This document shows positions 15,890 to 28,633 of a stretch of 64,000 nt of DNA, in pieces (position 1 is the stretch's first letter; every line of letters begins with the position of its first letter). Under the pieces are notes generated by a model. It worked only from the letters and a program-made list of their open reading frames with translations. It ran no database searches and was not told where the DNA came from. Source of the stretch: Ancylonema sp. (taxonomy: Eukaryota); contig JBFLGF010000004.1 of assembly GCA_050230475.1 (NCBI GenBank), positions 1 through 64,000 of the forward strand, written 5' to 3'. Made by a program: the position numbers and the translations under genes.

Positions 15890-18800
15890 ATGCCTCCTCA
15901 TGATGATTTATCGGATCCTGTCGATGCACGTGTCAGTGTGAATTTCATCGAAGAGGAAGGCTCTGATTTTGAGCAAGTCTTCTCCAGTGACGCCAGCGAA
16001 GAAAGTGTGACATTGCCTTCGGAGCCGATAGGTGCGCCGACATGGCTAATGTCTGTCCACCTTCACTTTTATCTCGTTCGATTAGGGTGCATGTGTAGTC
16101 TGGTGACTGGTCTTGCCTATCTCGGATGGAAAACAATCACAATCTGTCGCCAGATCAGTCAAGCAGGCCCGACGTGCATACTATTCCTCCTATGCGAGCT
16201 GTTCCTCTTCTTCCTATTCTGGACGCTGGTGCTCGAAGTGAGTCGGCCGGCCGGTAGAAGACCAGCCGTTCTTCTACCGCTCTCAGGACCCCACCCGCAC
16301 GTGGCGATTCTGGTCTGCTGTTGTAACGAGGCTCTCGATGTAATTCAGGATACCGTAAGGGGAGCCCTCGCGCAGGTGTACCCCGCCGACAAATTCACCG
16401 TATGGGTTCTCGATGACGGGGGGGACGATGCCCTGGAAGAATGGGTGGAATCGGAGGGTGCCGAGCGCGGCGGAAATCTCCGTTATGTTCGACGGCCGAA
16501 GCCCAAGGGTCTGCCACATCACTTCAAAGCGGGAAACATAAACTGGGGACTGCGATTGGCTCGGGCCGATTTTGCCACGGTTCTGGATGCTGACATGATT
16601 ATTTCCAAGTATTACCTGAGGAGCTTATTGCCGCACTTCACCTCGGCAGAAATCGCGTTCGTACAGTGCCCGCAGTCGTTCTATAACATCCCCCCGGGGG
16701 ATCCGCTGAACGAAGCGGCGCAGGAGTTCTATGACCTGGTGCTCTGCTATCGGTAAGACTGTAAATTTCAAGAAAGGATTGTACTAGTTGTATTTTGTTC
16801 GAAATGAGGACCATGACGAAACTATGGATGACTAGAAGTCTGAATGGGTATCGCGAGAGGGTGACAGGAAGATGTTTATAGAAATGTTAAATTACGTTTT
16901 TTTTTTGTTTTGTTTTTTTTTTTTTTAGGGGCAGTTTGTAGTCGAATCAGTTAAATTTCCATACTTCTTCATGCTTTTTTTTCCAGCCAACCTTCCACTG
17001 GACTTGATTGTGGTACGATTTTTGTGCAATGTAGCACGAAATTATTGATGCACGTCTCATTGTTTCAAGCGATTTCACCGTTTTTTCACCGTTTTTTTTC
17101 CCTTCTTCTTCTTCTTCTTCTTTTGCACATAAACTGTGGTGCATTTAGATCGTTCATTCTGTGACGTTGATTTCCGTGTCTCAAAAATTTCAGCGACGGG
17201 CGTGAGTCCGTGCAATGCGTCGGAACCGGCGTGATGTTCCGAAGAGAGGCCTTGCGGGCGAATGACGGCTTTACATGTGGCACCATCACAGAGGATTACG
17301 ACACAGCTCTCAGCATGCATTCGAAGGGCTACAAGTCAGTATACGTAAACCAGGTAGGGAGTGGATCTGATATTGCTATTTTTTTTGGCGTTGAGGGATG
17401 CAAAATGAAAAATGATGCAAAATGCAAAATGATGCAAAATGGATAATTTCTTTACCACATCCTCGATGTGACATCGTACATGTGTGATGTACAATTCAAC
17501 TTTTGAGTCCATGTATTTTTTGTATCGAATACAAAACCTCATCTTTACAAATAACAAAATAAAACATGGCTTTTGTTTCGGTGTTTTTTTTTTTGCAAGC
17601 CGTTGAAAGGCCATCTATGTCAAACCATTCGGATTGAGCCTTCATATTTTCCAACGAGATATCGAAAATATTTTCATATTTTCATATTTTCATATTTTCG
17701 AGCTATCCATCCGTCAAAAGGCGTTGCTTCCTCCTGCATCACCTCAAATTTCCTTAAATTTGAACAACACTTCATGACATCATAAAATCATGGTATCATT
17801 GAAATCTTTGTGTTGTTTCCCCCCCGTAAAACAGCGCCTTCAAGCCGGTTTGGCCCCGTGGACTCTAGAGGGCCACATCAAGCAGCACCAGCGGTGGGCG
17901 ACGGGAAGTCTCCAAATCTTGTTCCACCGCAACCCGTTGTTCTACAAGAGCGACCACCTCTCGTTATACCAACGAGTGGTGTACGGGCATGCAGGTGACG
18001 ATGCCTTTACATTTTTTTTTAAAAAAATTGTTTTTCATGGGGGCTGATAAAATATATACGTTTCCAACCGGATATCGTTCACGGTATAGATTTCACCAAA
18101 AGACTTGCACTCGTCCAAGATATTTCGAGTATGTCACGTCTTGGAGGTTGGTCTCTTTATCTTTTCATTGACTTATTGACTTTATTGACTTTATCTTGAC
18201 TTCCGTAGTCTCACCACTTGCCATTGTCTACACCTCCCTATTCAACAACCGATTTCTTGACCATGTGCATAACAAGAACTTTAGTCGCTAATACAACATT
18301 ATGTTCATATGTCACCACATGACTACGGGAGAGACGCGATGAAAAGATGGATCTCGTTTGCAATATACCCGTTTAAAAAAAAAAACCGATGATGACTTCG
18401 ATTTGATATCAGCATTCAACATACCTAGGTCTGTGTGCCGACAACCAAAATCCACACGAAATCCGAAAAGAATCCGTAAAATATACAAGAAGCTCACAAC
18501 TTTCCCCTCACGAGTTCATCATCCGTACACCAACCATCCATGCAGGTATCCAATACTGGAGCAACGTGGCCGTCTTGATCCTCATCATCCTCCCCCTCCT
18601 CATCCTCGCCTTCAACTTGCGCATCATGGTCCAAGGAGACTACTTCGCGATACAACGGCAATACGTTGTGTTCATCGTACCCTACGCGCTCTGCTTGCGC
18701 GTCACGGCTTTCTTGTTCGTGTCGGGATTCAAAGATTGCTACGAGGCGTCGATTCGAGCGGAACAGGTGCGGAGGCACCCTAGAACCCTAGCAAACCCTA

Positions 18801-19885
18801 GCAAACCCTAGAACCCAAATCCAAATCACGGTAGGAGTGTAGGAACGCAACAATTCCAGAAAAACCGTACACACGGGAGGGCGTGGAACGCGCAGTAACT
18901 CATTCTTTGTTTTTATCGCTATTTTTTAATGTTTTTTTGCTGGCCACTAGTTCCCTACGTTTCAATGCGTACTCCTATCCGGTGAATGCTAGTCCGTGAA
19001 TGCTAACCGAACATTGGTCTTCGCCTTGTGTTGTTTTGCAGGCCATCTTTTGGATGGCCCCCTTCCATTGTCTAGCGATCGCGAAGTTTCTCTTCCCCCT
19101 CATCAAAAAGTCCTTCGAGGCCACGGGTAGCGGGGAGAAGAAACGACAAGCAATTACCCTGTGGGTCCGCCTACGCGCTGTTTGGTTTCACATTGCGTAT
19201 TGCTCGTTCGGGATTGGGGTGGTGGCTTGGCGGACTGTCGTGTTGGACTACCGCAATTGTGGAGAGGTGAGAATTCTCAACAATAAAGTTATTGGGATAC
19301 CTTTGCGTGAAGTCAGTAAAGCTTACAAGTCTTCGATGGGTTCATATGAAACAAAGTGGTACACGAAGGCCAGAACCAAACATTAATACACTCTAAATAT
19401 TAGCGACAAAGTTTTGCGCCAATAGTGCTTGATTAGGAATTGAATGACGATACTCACGTCCAAACTCAACGATTCAGATTATTCATATAAATAATATAGT
19501 ATCATATATTATTCATGATCATTACTTTTATATAAAATTCTATTCTTTTGGCTTTGTTCCCGCCCAGATTTTGAAGTTGACGTCTTGGGCCCCCGTGATT
19601 TTGTTCACCATGCAATGTATGTCGGTGCCGATCATTCATCAAATCATGGCACCTTCCCACGCAACCTCCAAGGACCGCAACAAGATACCTTCTTACGACG
19701 ACCACGGAGTTCCTGTCGTGGACTTCGAGAAGTTGCGACCGGCGAACAATTGGAGGGTGTACTTGTTTTGCGTCATTCCGTCAATTTGGGCGGTCGTCAT
19801 GGTTTTCTACTTGATCGCGGCCATAACGGCGTGGAGTCCATATTTTTGTACGCATGGTCCGTTCTTTGGTTACCGACAATTATAG
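15890..19885 (+). CDS. Cellulose-synthase-like processive GT2 glycosyltransferase, copy 1 (648 aa by my model)
   Basis: Exons 15890-16752, 17194-17353, 17835-17994, 18546-18766, 19042-19266 and 19568-19885 (1947 nt, GT-AG, in frame). Motifs: VCCCNE, LDDG, HHFKAGNINWG, LDADM, FVQCPQSFYN, CVGTG, TITED, QHQRWATG (D,D,D,QxxRW). Two N-terminal and several C-terminal TM helices. Confidence 0.93.
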
Positions 19886-20482
19886 GCTAGGGTGAGGAAG
19901 TCAAACATAAGGAGTGAGATTAGGGAGTGTATCAAACATTTTGGTGCTCAAATTCGAGACGTGCGTTTTCATCAGGCTTAGTGGTGAACCTTAACTTTTG
20001 CAAAGGACGTGGCCGTGCACATTAGGACATGTTTTTTGGTAATCATTTTCTCAAGTAACATTGTGATGATGATATTCGATGAAGACATAAATCTGAATTG
20101 ACGAAGAAAGTTGCAATACAACTTTCTTCAAGCAAAACAACTCAATGATTGTTTTTGACTTTTATAGATTTGTTCCAAACGGGGGGGTCCTTCTGGAAAG
20201 TATGATGACTTCTTGTTCTATTCATTTGTTTTATTTACGATTTCTTTACGATTGAATAAATACGTGGACATTCATGCAAAAATAAAATCTCACTCGCCGA
20301 GAGTGCAACGAACTCGTCCGCTGCATTATGGTGTACTTGCAATGCATATTCTCAGCCGAGCATTTTTTGTCAAACCGACCCAAACTCTCTTTCGATCATG
20401 GAAATGGGGCTTTTCCAAAACGAAGGTACAAAAATATGTATGACATTGGTGGAATTGATGTCGTTAAGACAGTTGTTTGGGA

Positions 20483-21328
20483 CATAGTAGCACCCAAATT
20501 GCCCAAACGGCGTTTGCCATACGCGGACGTCCGGCAAATCACTAAATGTCAATAAAAACACTTATATAAAAAAGTTGGTACCCCTCATAATTGTTGGATC
20601 CGGGCCCGGCCGAAAAACAGTCAGCCGGGTATCTTGGGTATGGCCGGTGGTGGGGATATGTCATTGACACGACATGACGACTATGGCAACTTACTACGAA
20701 GTTTTGCATCCGAGTAAGAATGCCACCAGTGCGGATTAGGTGGATGAGAGGGAAGAGTGAGGCGATGACATGTGAAGACAAAAAATGTTAGATATAGTGG
20801 CCTTTTTCAAAGAAAAGATGATGATTTTTTGCAATGCTGGGAAATATTTTCTCAATCAATATTATATTGTACTTCAAAATGGGATGATGCGATGGAATAA
20901 TGAATTATATGAACTTTGAAAAAAGATGAGGTGAAGAAGGCAAAAAAATATATGAAGGAACGAGAAATGAGCTACAGTGTGAGTTGAAAATGTTACATTC
21001 AAAACACATGAGAACCGAAAAAATGGCTGGAAAATCATACGACACAATGTTCCTTATCACGAAATAGTAAAATAATATAAAACCAACAAATCGTCCAAAA
21101 AACTCCTTACTCCCTTTTTTTTTTTTTTTTTTTTTTAAATAAAAATAATAAATATATAATAAGAACAATGTTTGGCAAACGTCCGTAAAATATACGGATG
21201 TTTGATTCCCTAGTCCATTTGGACAGCCGTACAAACTTTTGGTGTTGCCAGCGCACGACAACAAGTGCCGTTTTGGCGTTTGGACGTTTTGCGTTTGCAA
21301 AACGCGAACGAGTTTTGGTGCTACAATG
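20483..21328. mobile_element. Non-autonomous hAT-like element, family D copy 1
   Basis: TIR CATAGTAGCACC ... GGTGCTACAATG. 8-bp TSD GTTTGGGA/GGTTGGGA with one mismatch. Ends homologous to 52698-53486. Confidence 0.75.
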
Positions 21329-23187
21329 GGTTGGGATAATGTGCGGTATTCTTTCAATATTGTTTTCGAAAAATAATAATACCGACACAATAGTGTAGTA
21401 TTTCGACGTCTTGTTATGTGCCGTCGGTGCATCGGTTTGAATTGTCGGCCTTGTTTGCCTAGTCTCAATGTATCACCGGCGAATTGTATCATCGCCATTC
21501 TACATAAATCTGCGTACGGTGCATGTCGATGAATTCTTAGATCACGATTACGATATATTTATAAATGTGCGTCAAAATTTTCACATGCAAGATCCCTGCC
21601 TTGTCGACATTGATACATTTGGCACCAAAATGGCGTAAAGCGGTTTATAAGCACAATATTCGACATTGCATAAGAAATCGGAGGATCTCATACACCATCG
21701 ATGATTTCTTGTTTCTCGTTATTTTTAAGCTGATTTGTCTTTGAAATGGATTGATATTCGTAATCCAAGTAACTTAAATATCAAAACCTACTCGTTACTT
21801 TCGCCGATCCAGCACCGCTAAATATTCTAAATATGGGGTTATTTAGTAGCAAAATGGAAACGGCCAATATACATCAACGAAATGTATATTTTAAACGATC
21901 GCGTCAGTCTGTCGCTTATTTATACTGGCACCACTACGTGGCAACGCCATAGGCTGAAAAAAATGGCTTGCCAATCACAGAAACAAGCTAATGAAAGTAT
22001 CTGGCTACCGACAGGTCAATTTGTACATAAACGTGAGTTTACGAGGCCAAGCTGACCTCGACATGCCACGTGTGGCCGTCAGATCTAGCCAAGATTCCGC
22101 TGGTGCTGACAGCTGATGTGAATTATCTGGTGCCGACAATAGATACATCCTTCGCCTTATGCATCCGTCCATCAAGAAATTTCAACTCACTCACGTGGAT
22201 GCCCGGAAATGTGTACGGCATTGCCGGGCATGATTTGTGGTGACGAGTGGTGACGCTTTGTCTCTACATCGTGCTTCCGTGTTGTCTTCGTATGCGTTTC
22301 GATGCTACCCGGCTCTCTTGAGCATAGATCCATATTTGAAATTACTTTTCCGGTGATAGGTCTCCAGGCGTGTTCGACAACAACATTGGAGTCTGCTAAA
22401 AAATCAATCCCCGCGTGTCGAGAAGTATCCAGCCATCCGTCACATGCCAATCTCAGTGATCCTCGACGCCACAGATCTCCCACCAATGGCAGCGTACACG
22501 TGTCAGTGCTTCCGCTGTACCGTACACATCATTGATGCCGCCACATCGGTGCCCGTGAACCATCAACTCGAGAGAAACAACATCGAGGACACAGTTTCCA
22601 TTCGTTTCCAGCATCGTTCTTTCAATGTACCACAGCACCGACGCGCGTCGTTGGATGCTAAGCTGCGCACCTTGGACGGCGGAGAGGCAGTAAGGAATCC
22701 GAGATTGCGGAGAGCCGTAGAGACACAGATGCCGATGGGTGACTTTAAACAACATGCGAAACGGTGATCGTGATTCACGGGAGGTCGCACATGAAGAGTA
22801 CACGGCGGACTCAAGGAAACTGAGTGCCTTCGAAGGGCGCTTGAGGGTTCGCGCTGTCGTGTCATACTTTCTTGTCGAGAAAGGTTCCCCTGCTCAGTCC
22901 CATTAGGTGCCCTGCTCTTACTGTTTGCACGTAAGTAGCATTGTCTGTCAGTGGAGGAAGAGATTGTCGATCTTAAATTTTGGGGTCCGTTTCCCTCCAG
23001 GTGGAATTTCAGTCCCGTGATCGACACACATACAGAAGAGCATTCAGTAACATTAAAAATGGTCAGGCATTGATTGATTGCTCTCTCCTCTGGAAAGTTA
23101 CTTAAACAAATCGGCTCATCCATATTCTGAGTGTCTATTTCTCGCAGCTGCGGTAGGCAGCAGCCCGTAGAAATCAGATTCTGTGAA

Positions 23188-26100
23188 ATGCCTCCGGCTC
23201 CTGATTCCCAGCACGACCTCTCCAACACAATCTACGACAGCAGGGCTGGAACTACAGCTGTCCTCCCCGAGCTCCCCCCCGAGCTTCAGTTCTCCTCCAA
23301 TGAGAGCTCTTCTTCCACAGGCAGCACGAGTGCGCCGACCGGGGAGAGCCCCGTGATCGTGAAAGAGGCGCTGGAAGCGCCGCCTGGCGCGGATGGCGAC
23401 ATCGAGTGGCGCATGTCGACGGCCTCTCACTTCTACCTCATGCGCCTGATCTGCATGACGACTCTCTGCACCGGGCTGTCGTACCTCGGGTGGAAAACGT
23501 TCACGATTTTCAGCGATATCAGCGAGGCGGGCCCCACGTGCATCATTTTTCTGGTGACCGAGCTGCTGGTCTTCACCTGTTCCTTCATGCTTGTCCTGGA
23601 AACAAGTGTACCCGCTAGGAAGCGCCCGGGGCTTCTACTCCCCGAATCTGGGCCGTATCCTCAGGTGGCGATGTTCATCTGCTGCTGTAACGAGCCCGTG
23701 GACGTTATACAGGACACGGTTCGCGGGGCCCTCGCCCAGATATACCCGGTGGACAGATATACCGTCTGGGTGCTCGATGACGGTGGGGATGACGTCCTGA
23801 AGGAGTGGGTGGAATCGGAGGGTGCGGAGCAGGGAGGCCGCCTGCGGTACGTGCGCCGACCTAAGCCGAAGGGCCTGCCGCATCAGTTTAAGGCGGGGAA
23901 CATCAACTGGGGGCTGCGGGTCGCGGGCGGCGATTTTGTCGCTATCTTCGATGCGGACATGATCCCGTCCAAGTACTACCTGCGCAGCATGTTGCCGCAC
24001 TTCACGGCGGCGGATATTGCGTTCGTGCAATGTCCCCAGGCGTTCTACAACATTGTTAAGGGGGATCCTCTGAATGATGCGTCGCAAGACTTCTATGATG
24101 TGTTTCTGCCGTACCGGTGAGATATTGTCGATTTTAAAGCTGAAGGTTATGATTTCGATGCATGAACTCATTTAAGTTTACTTTGACTCGCTTCTCATAT
24201 CGATACCAAAAAATCGACTTGGGTTTGGTTGACGTCGACAAGATTTTGTAGAGATATCGATCATCACATTAAGGGGTAAGAAAAAAACATATTTTTGGCA
24301 TCGATACCCTCCATTTGAGATTTGAAAGGGGAGGGGGGGGGGGGAAGTAGCTACGATGAGGTTTTTTTGTTTGTTATTAATACATATATTACGATAGTAA
24401 TCACAAATCTAATGTGTTATTCGTAAAAGATTGCAGAGACGGTCGAGATTCGGCTCAGTGCGTGGGAACCGGCGTGCTTATTCGGAAAGAAGCTCTCCAA
24501 GCCAATAAGGGTTTCACATGTGGCAGTATCACGGAGGATTTTGACACCGCCATGAGTCTCCACGCCAAGGGTTACAAAACTGTGTACATCAATCAGGTTT
24601 GTCGATTTTCGTATACAATTAGGGCTCTAAAGACCAAGGACGTGATATAGACATGTATACTGAATGCATGCGTCAATGGAGTCGCATGCATTCAAGAGAA
24701 AAAAGCAAAGAAAAAATCCAAAGAGAACGAAAATCATGGATAGCTTAAGGTTGTTAGATCATGCACTTGTTATCTATGACCATATTTAATTTTATTGTTA
24801 TTCCACATTGTTCTCGATGACATTTACGTTATCCTCCCGTCACGCTCCACATATTTCGATGCCGCTTTTGAGTGTATCGTACTAGTTGGTGTTCACAAAT
24901 ACCGGTTCAACGATCTCTTTAGCTCATTTTAACTATATATAATCATGGTCCCAATACGTCGAAATGAAGTAATTGATCGATGCCCTTGATTTTAGGGACT
25001 AGCAAAAACCCGGATTCAAATTTCCTTTGAGTAATGTTTCGATGTTTCGGCAAACGTTGCTAGTCCTCCACAAAAGTCATGACACTAATGAAATGCTCGA
25101 CTCATTCAATAACATGGATTGCAAAAGTTGACAAGTGCATATATACATATGGTGTCTACAAGCCCAATTACAACATCACCTATATACTCAAAATGAGGAA
25201 TGTTTTCCAATCCGCAGAGGCTTCAAGCGGGTATCACGCCGTGGAACCTGGAGGGTTACATCAAACAGCACCAGCGTTGGGCCACGGGCAGTTTACAGAT
25301 TCTGGTCCATCGCAACCCCCTCTTCTACCGAAGCAAGAATTTCAATCTCTACCGCCGCATCTCGTATTGGTATGCTGGTAAGTTTCGACGAAATTTCCTC
25401 GCCACTCAAATCAGTCGCAAACTATGTCCTGACATTTACTTCACGTCATCATCGGTATCGGTAATCTGCAGGCAATTCAAGAAAATATATCGATTTCGGA
25501 TTCCAACACACAGCCGACTATCTCTTCTGTTGAAAACCAGAGAGAGCTGGTGCAGATGTAATGGCAGTGTTGGTGCTAGCATCAACTTCTTTCTCATGAA
25601 AATAAATTGAGATGTCCGTCTCACCACGACCACGTACTTCCTCCTTTCCCCTCGCAGGCACCCAGTACTACATGAACATTGTCGTTCTCCTCATCCTCAC
25701 CCTTCCCATTCTCATCCTCGCCTTCAATCTGCGAATCATGGTTCACGGGGACGCGTACACCGTACAAAGGCTCTACGTCATCCTACTGGTGCCCTACGTT
25801 ATATCGAGTCGAATTTTGTGCCTCTGTCTGTTTGCGAGACTGCCGAATGGCTTGCCGGTGCAGTTGCGCGGAGAGCAGGTGGGTTAAGGAAACATGTGAT
25901 GAAGTGAACACATGTCAGTATGTGATTTTAGTATAATTATGATGTCAGTAATTTGGGGTTTGTGAGGCGGGTTGTGAGCGTCAAAATGAAAGCGCCTGGT
26001 TCTTTTATCTACATTCTTTACTCCATGTCATGCACAGACATTCATCAAACATGCTATGCTATGTATGTAAAAACGACCAGGCTTTATGCCTACAACGGTG

Positions 26101-27004
26101 AGAGGTGGAAATTTCGGACGCGTTTCTGAACCCCTCCTTTTTTGGTGCCCAGGTTTGGTACTGGATGGCGTACTTCAACTGCCTCGCCATCTTCAAGTTC
26201 CTCTTCCCCCTCATGCGAAAAACCTTCGAGGCCACCGGCAGCACCAAGAAGCGCCCCGTCACCATGTGGACCAAGCTCAGCACGGTGTGGTTCCACATTC
26301 TGTACTGCGTCTGCGGCGTAATGGTGGTGGCGTACCGACTGGCGACCACCAACTACCATGACTGCGGAATGGTACGAAATTCGATCCATCTATATGTTTC
26401 CTGGAAATATATATGAAGTTAGATACGAAAGCTGATGACGTCGTCAATACGGTTCTGAGAGGGAGTTTAGATATATTTATTGAGCGTCTATGTAAGACCG
26501 ATTGATGGCGATAGACTGCGGGTGGTTCTGAGCAGTAGTCCGAGACTTATTATGAAAGCCCTCCGTGAAGAAACTGCCAGCCATACCTCCTAAATTGTCT
26601 TCACATCATACAGAAATCCGCAAGAAACTCTAATGCTATTTTTTACTTCGCCTTTTGTCCTCCCTGGGGTTTGAAAACTTTCGCAGCTGCTGAAGGTGAC
26701 GTCATGGAGCCCCTTCATCCTGTTTTCCGTACAATGTATGTCGGTGCCGATTTTGTACCAGCTGAACTCCGGGAGTCACCCCAAGGCTGCAAACCGTCGC
26801 GAGATGCTGTCGTACGATGAGAACGGGGTCGCCACTTTGCGCCCGGACCAGTTGAGACCGCCCCAAGATAGCGCCGTTTGGGTGTACTTCATCCTGCCGG
26901 GAATCTGGCTGACCGTCATTCTCTTTTATTTTTACGTGGCGATCACCAACTGGAGCCCGGATTTCTGTACCATTTCCGGGTTTTACGGGTATAAACACTT
27001 TTAA
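23188..27004 (+). CDS. Cellulose-synthase-like processive GT2 glycosyltransferase, copy 2 (668 aa by my model)
   Basis: Exons 23188-24116, 24437-24596, 25218-25377, 25658-25878, 26153-26371 and 26687-27004 (2007 nt). Intron positions and phases match copy 1. Motifs: ICCCNE, LDDG, KAGNINWG, FDADM, SITED, QHQRWATG. Confidence 0.93.
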
Positions 27005-27719
27005 GAGCAATGATACACCGTCGATCTCGACATCATGAACGGTGCGACGAAGGAGATGATGGTCGTGGTGGGATTTTTCATACGGGTGGAAGGAAAATGG
27101 GGCTCGATGCGGAGGAAGGCTTGTGGATGAAAAACACTGTCCATTTTATAGACTTTGGTAGAATTCGAGTTCTGATCTCGATGGGAAAGTGAGGGGTTTA
27201 GATGTAGAAAGTAAAATAAAGACATTGTTGGGGATACCGATCGATAATTGATCGGATCTCGTCTAATGGGTATTGAATTGTCATGCTTTTTGAAATTTGT
27301 AGGTTTAGACTTCATGTGGCAAAAAATGGTGAGGTGGTTTTGCATCATTGTGCGAATTTTTATACTCCTCACATGGCAATATTCTCGACTTAACAACTGT
27401 TAGATGTTAAATGTTGTTTGATCCGTTTCTAGGACTTGTAGAACAATTTGTTAAAAGTGGAACTCACTTGAAGTAATGGACTTTTACAATCCAACAATAC
27501 TATGTTGTATCTTTTCATGGATATTGATTGTGAGTTTTTTTTGTTCCGGAGTGTAATATGTTCTATAAAAAAACATGGATGAGTAGAAATTTGGAGTCTA
27601 AAAACATATAATCTGACGATGAATAATAATGAGAATTTGGAAATATTAATATATATCTTTTTTTTATGAATAAAAGAAATGCTAAGGATTGGTTTCAAAA
27701 TAAAAAATATCGACTATAA

Positions 27720-28313
27720 CAGTATATCTTGTCCAAAGGAATATTGTATAAAGAAATAATATGTCTAAAGGAATAGAAAATGTCCCCCCCGACGTTGGGA
27801 GAATATAATTATTCCAAAACCTGTAAAACAGTCTAAAGGAACACTTTTCTAGCCTCCCGTGATACGTGTAAAGGAATAAAGTACAGCATCTGTACATTTT
27901 CTGACAGATTTGTGTTCATCCGTACCGTATTCGTATCTCCCAGGTTGTGGGACATTACGAAAAATAACGCAAAATGACAAAATAGGGCCTGGACAATATT
28001 TGCCGGGTGGTGCCCTCCACAATATTAGTGCCTTCCACACGCACGTACATTGTTGGAAATGATAAATTTGACACCTAATATCTCCCAGATTGTGGGAAGC
28101 TACTCGAGACACGCTACACGACAAAATATCAATTGTGTGAACCGGAAAAACACGTTTGAACGGATTCTGAACTGGATATTGGCTTGTTTCCCGTCGTAGG
28201 CACATAGGAACGGGTTTCACGACATTTAGAACCAAAACTGTCGAACTGCATAACCTGTCTAAAGGAATATTTTTTCTCCTCCCCGACAGTGTTCCTTTGG
28301 ACAAGTTATACTA
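27720..28313. mobile_element. pogo/Tc1-like MITE
   Basis: Left CAGTATATCTTGTCCAAAGGAA and right TTCCTTTGGACAAGTTATACTA(TA) are inverted. Internal TGTCTAAAGGAA repeats. Confidence 0.65.
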
Positions 28314-28633
28314 TATTATGTTCAATTCAAAAAATAATATTTTGTCTTCCATTTTCACATGCATACAATCTTTCACGTCCTCACCATATCAAAACTTATT
28401 TCGAAGTATCAAAATTTGATGCATTACAAGCAAGGACCCACTCCCATCCCTCCTCATTCACCTTCTCACTTTCACTACTCACCCGCTCCTCAACTAATCT
28501 AATGATTTTGTTTATTTTCCTCCATGAACACCATGCCAAGAGCATCCCAAACTTTTCGAAATAAGACAAACTATTCTTGTCCGGAAGTCATCACTGCTGA
28601 GGGGGGAAAGAACCCAACCAGTCCCAAAAACCC

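Noticed and set aside
18778..18825. Telomere-like AACCCTAG repeats in GT2 copy 1 intron 4, with similar AACCTAGT repeats at 3351-3383
   Set aside because: Only about four degenerate units. Not enough to call an interstitial telomere or a functional telobox.
22187..23228. Several overlapping ORFs of 100-220 aa upstream of GT2 copy 2
   Set aside because: No recognisable domains. They are consistent with chance ORFs in promoter or UTR DNA.
15890..27004. Calling the GT2 pair true plant CESA genes
   Set aside because: They are too short and lack the zinc finger, P-CR and CSR. The motif is QHQRW rather than QVLRW.
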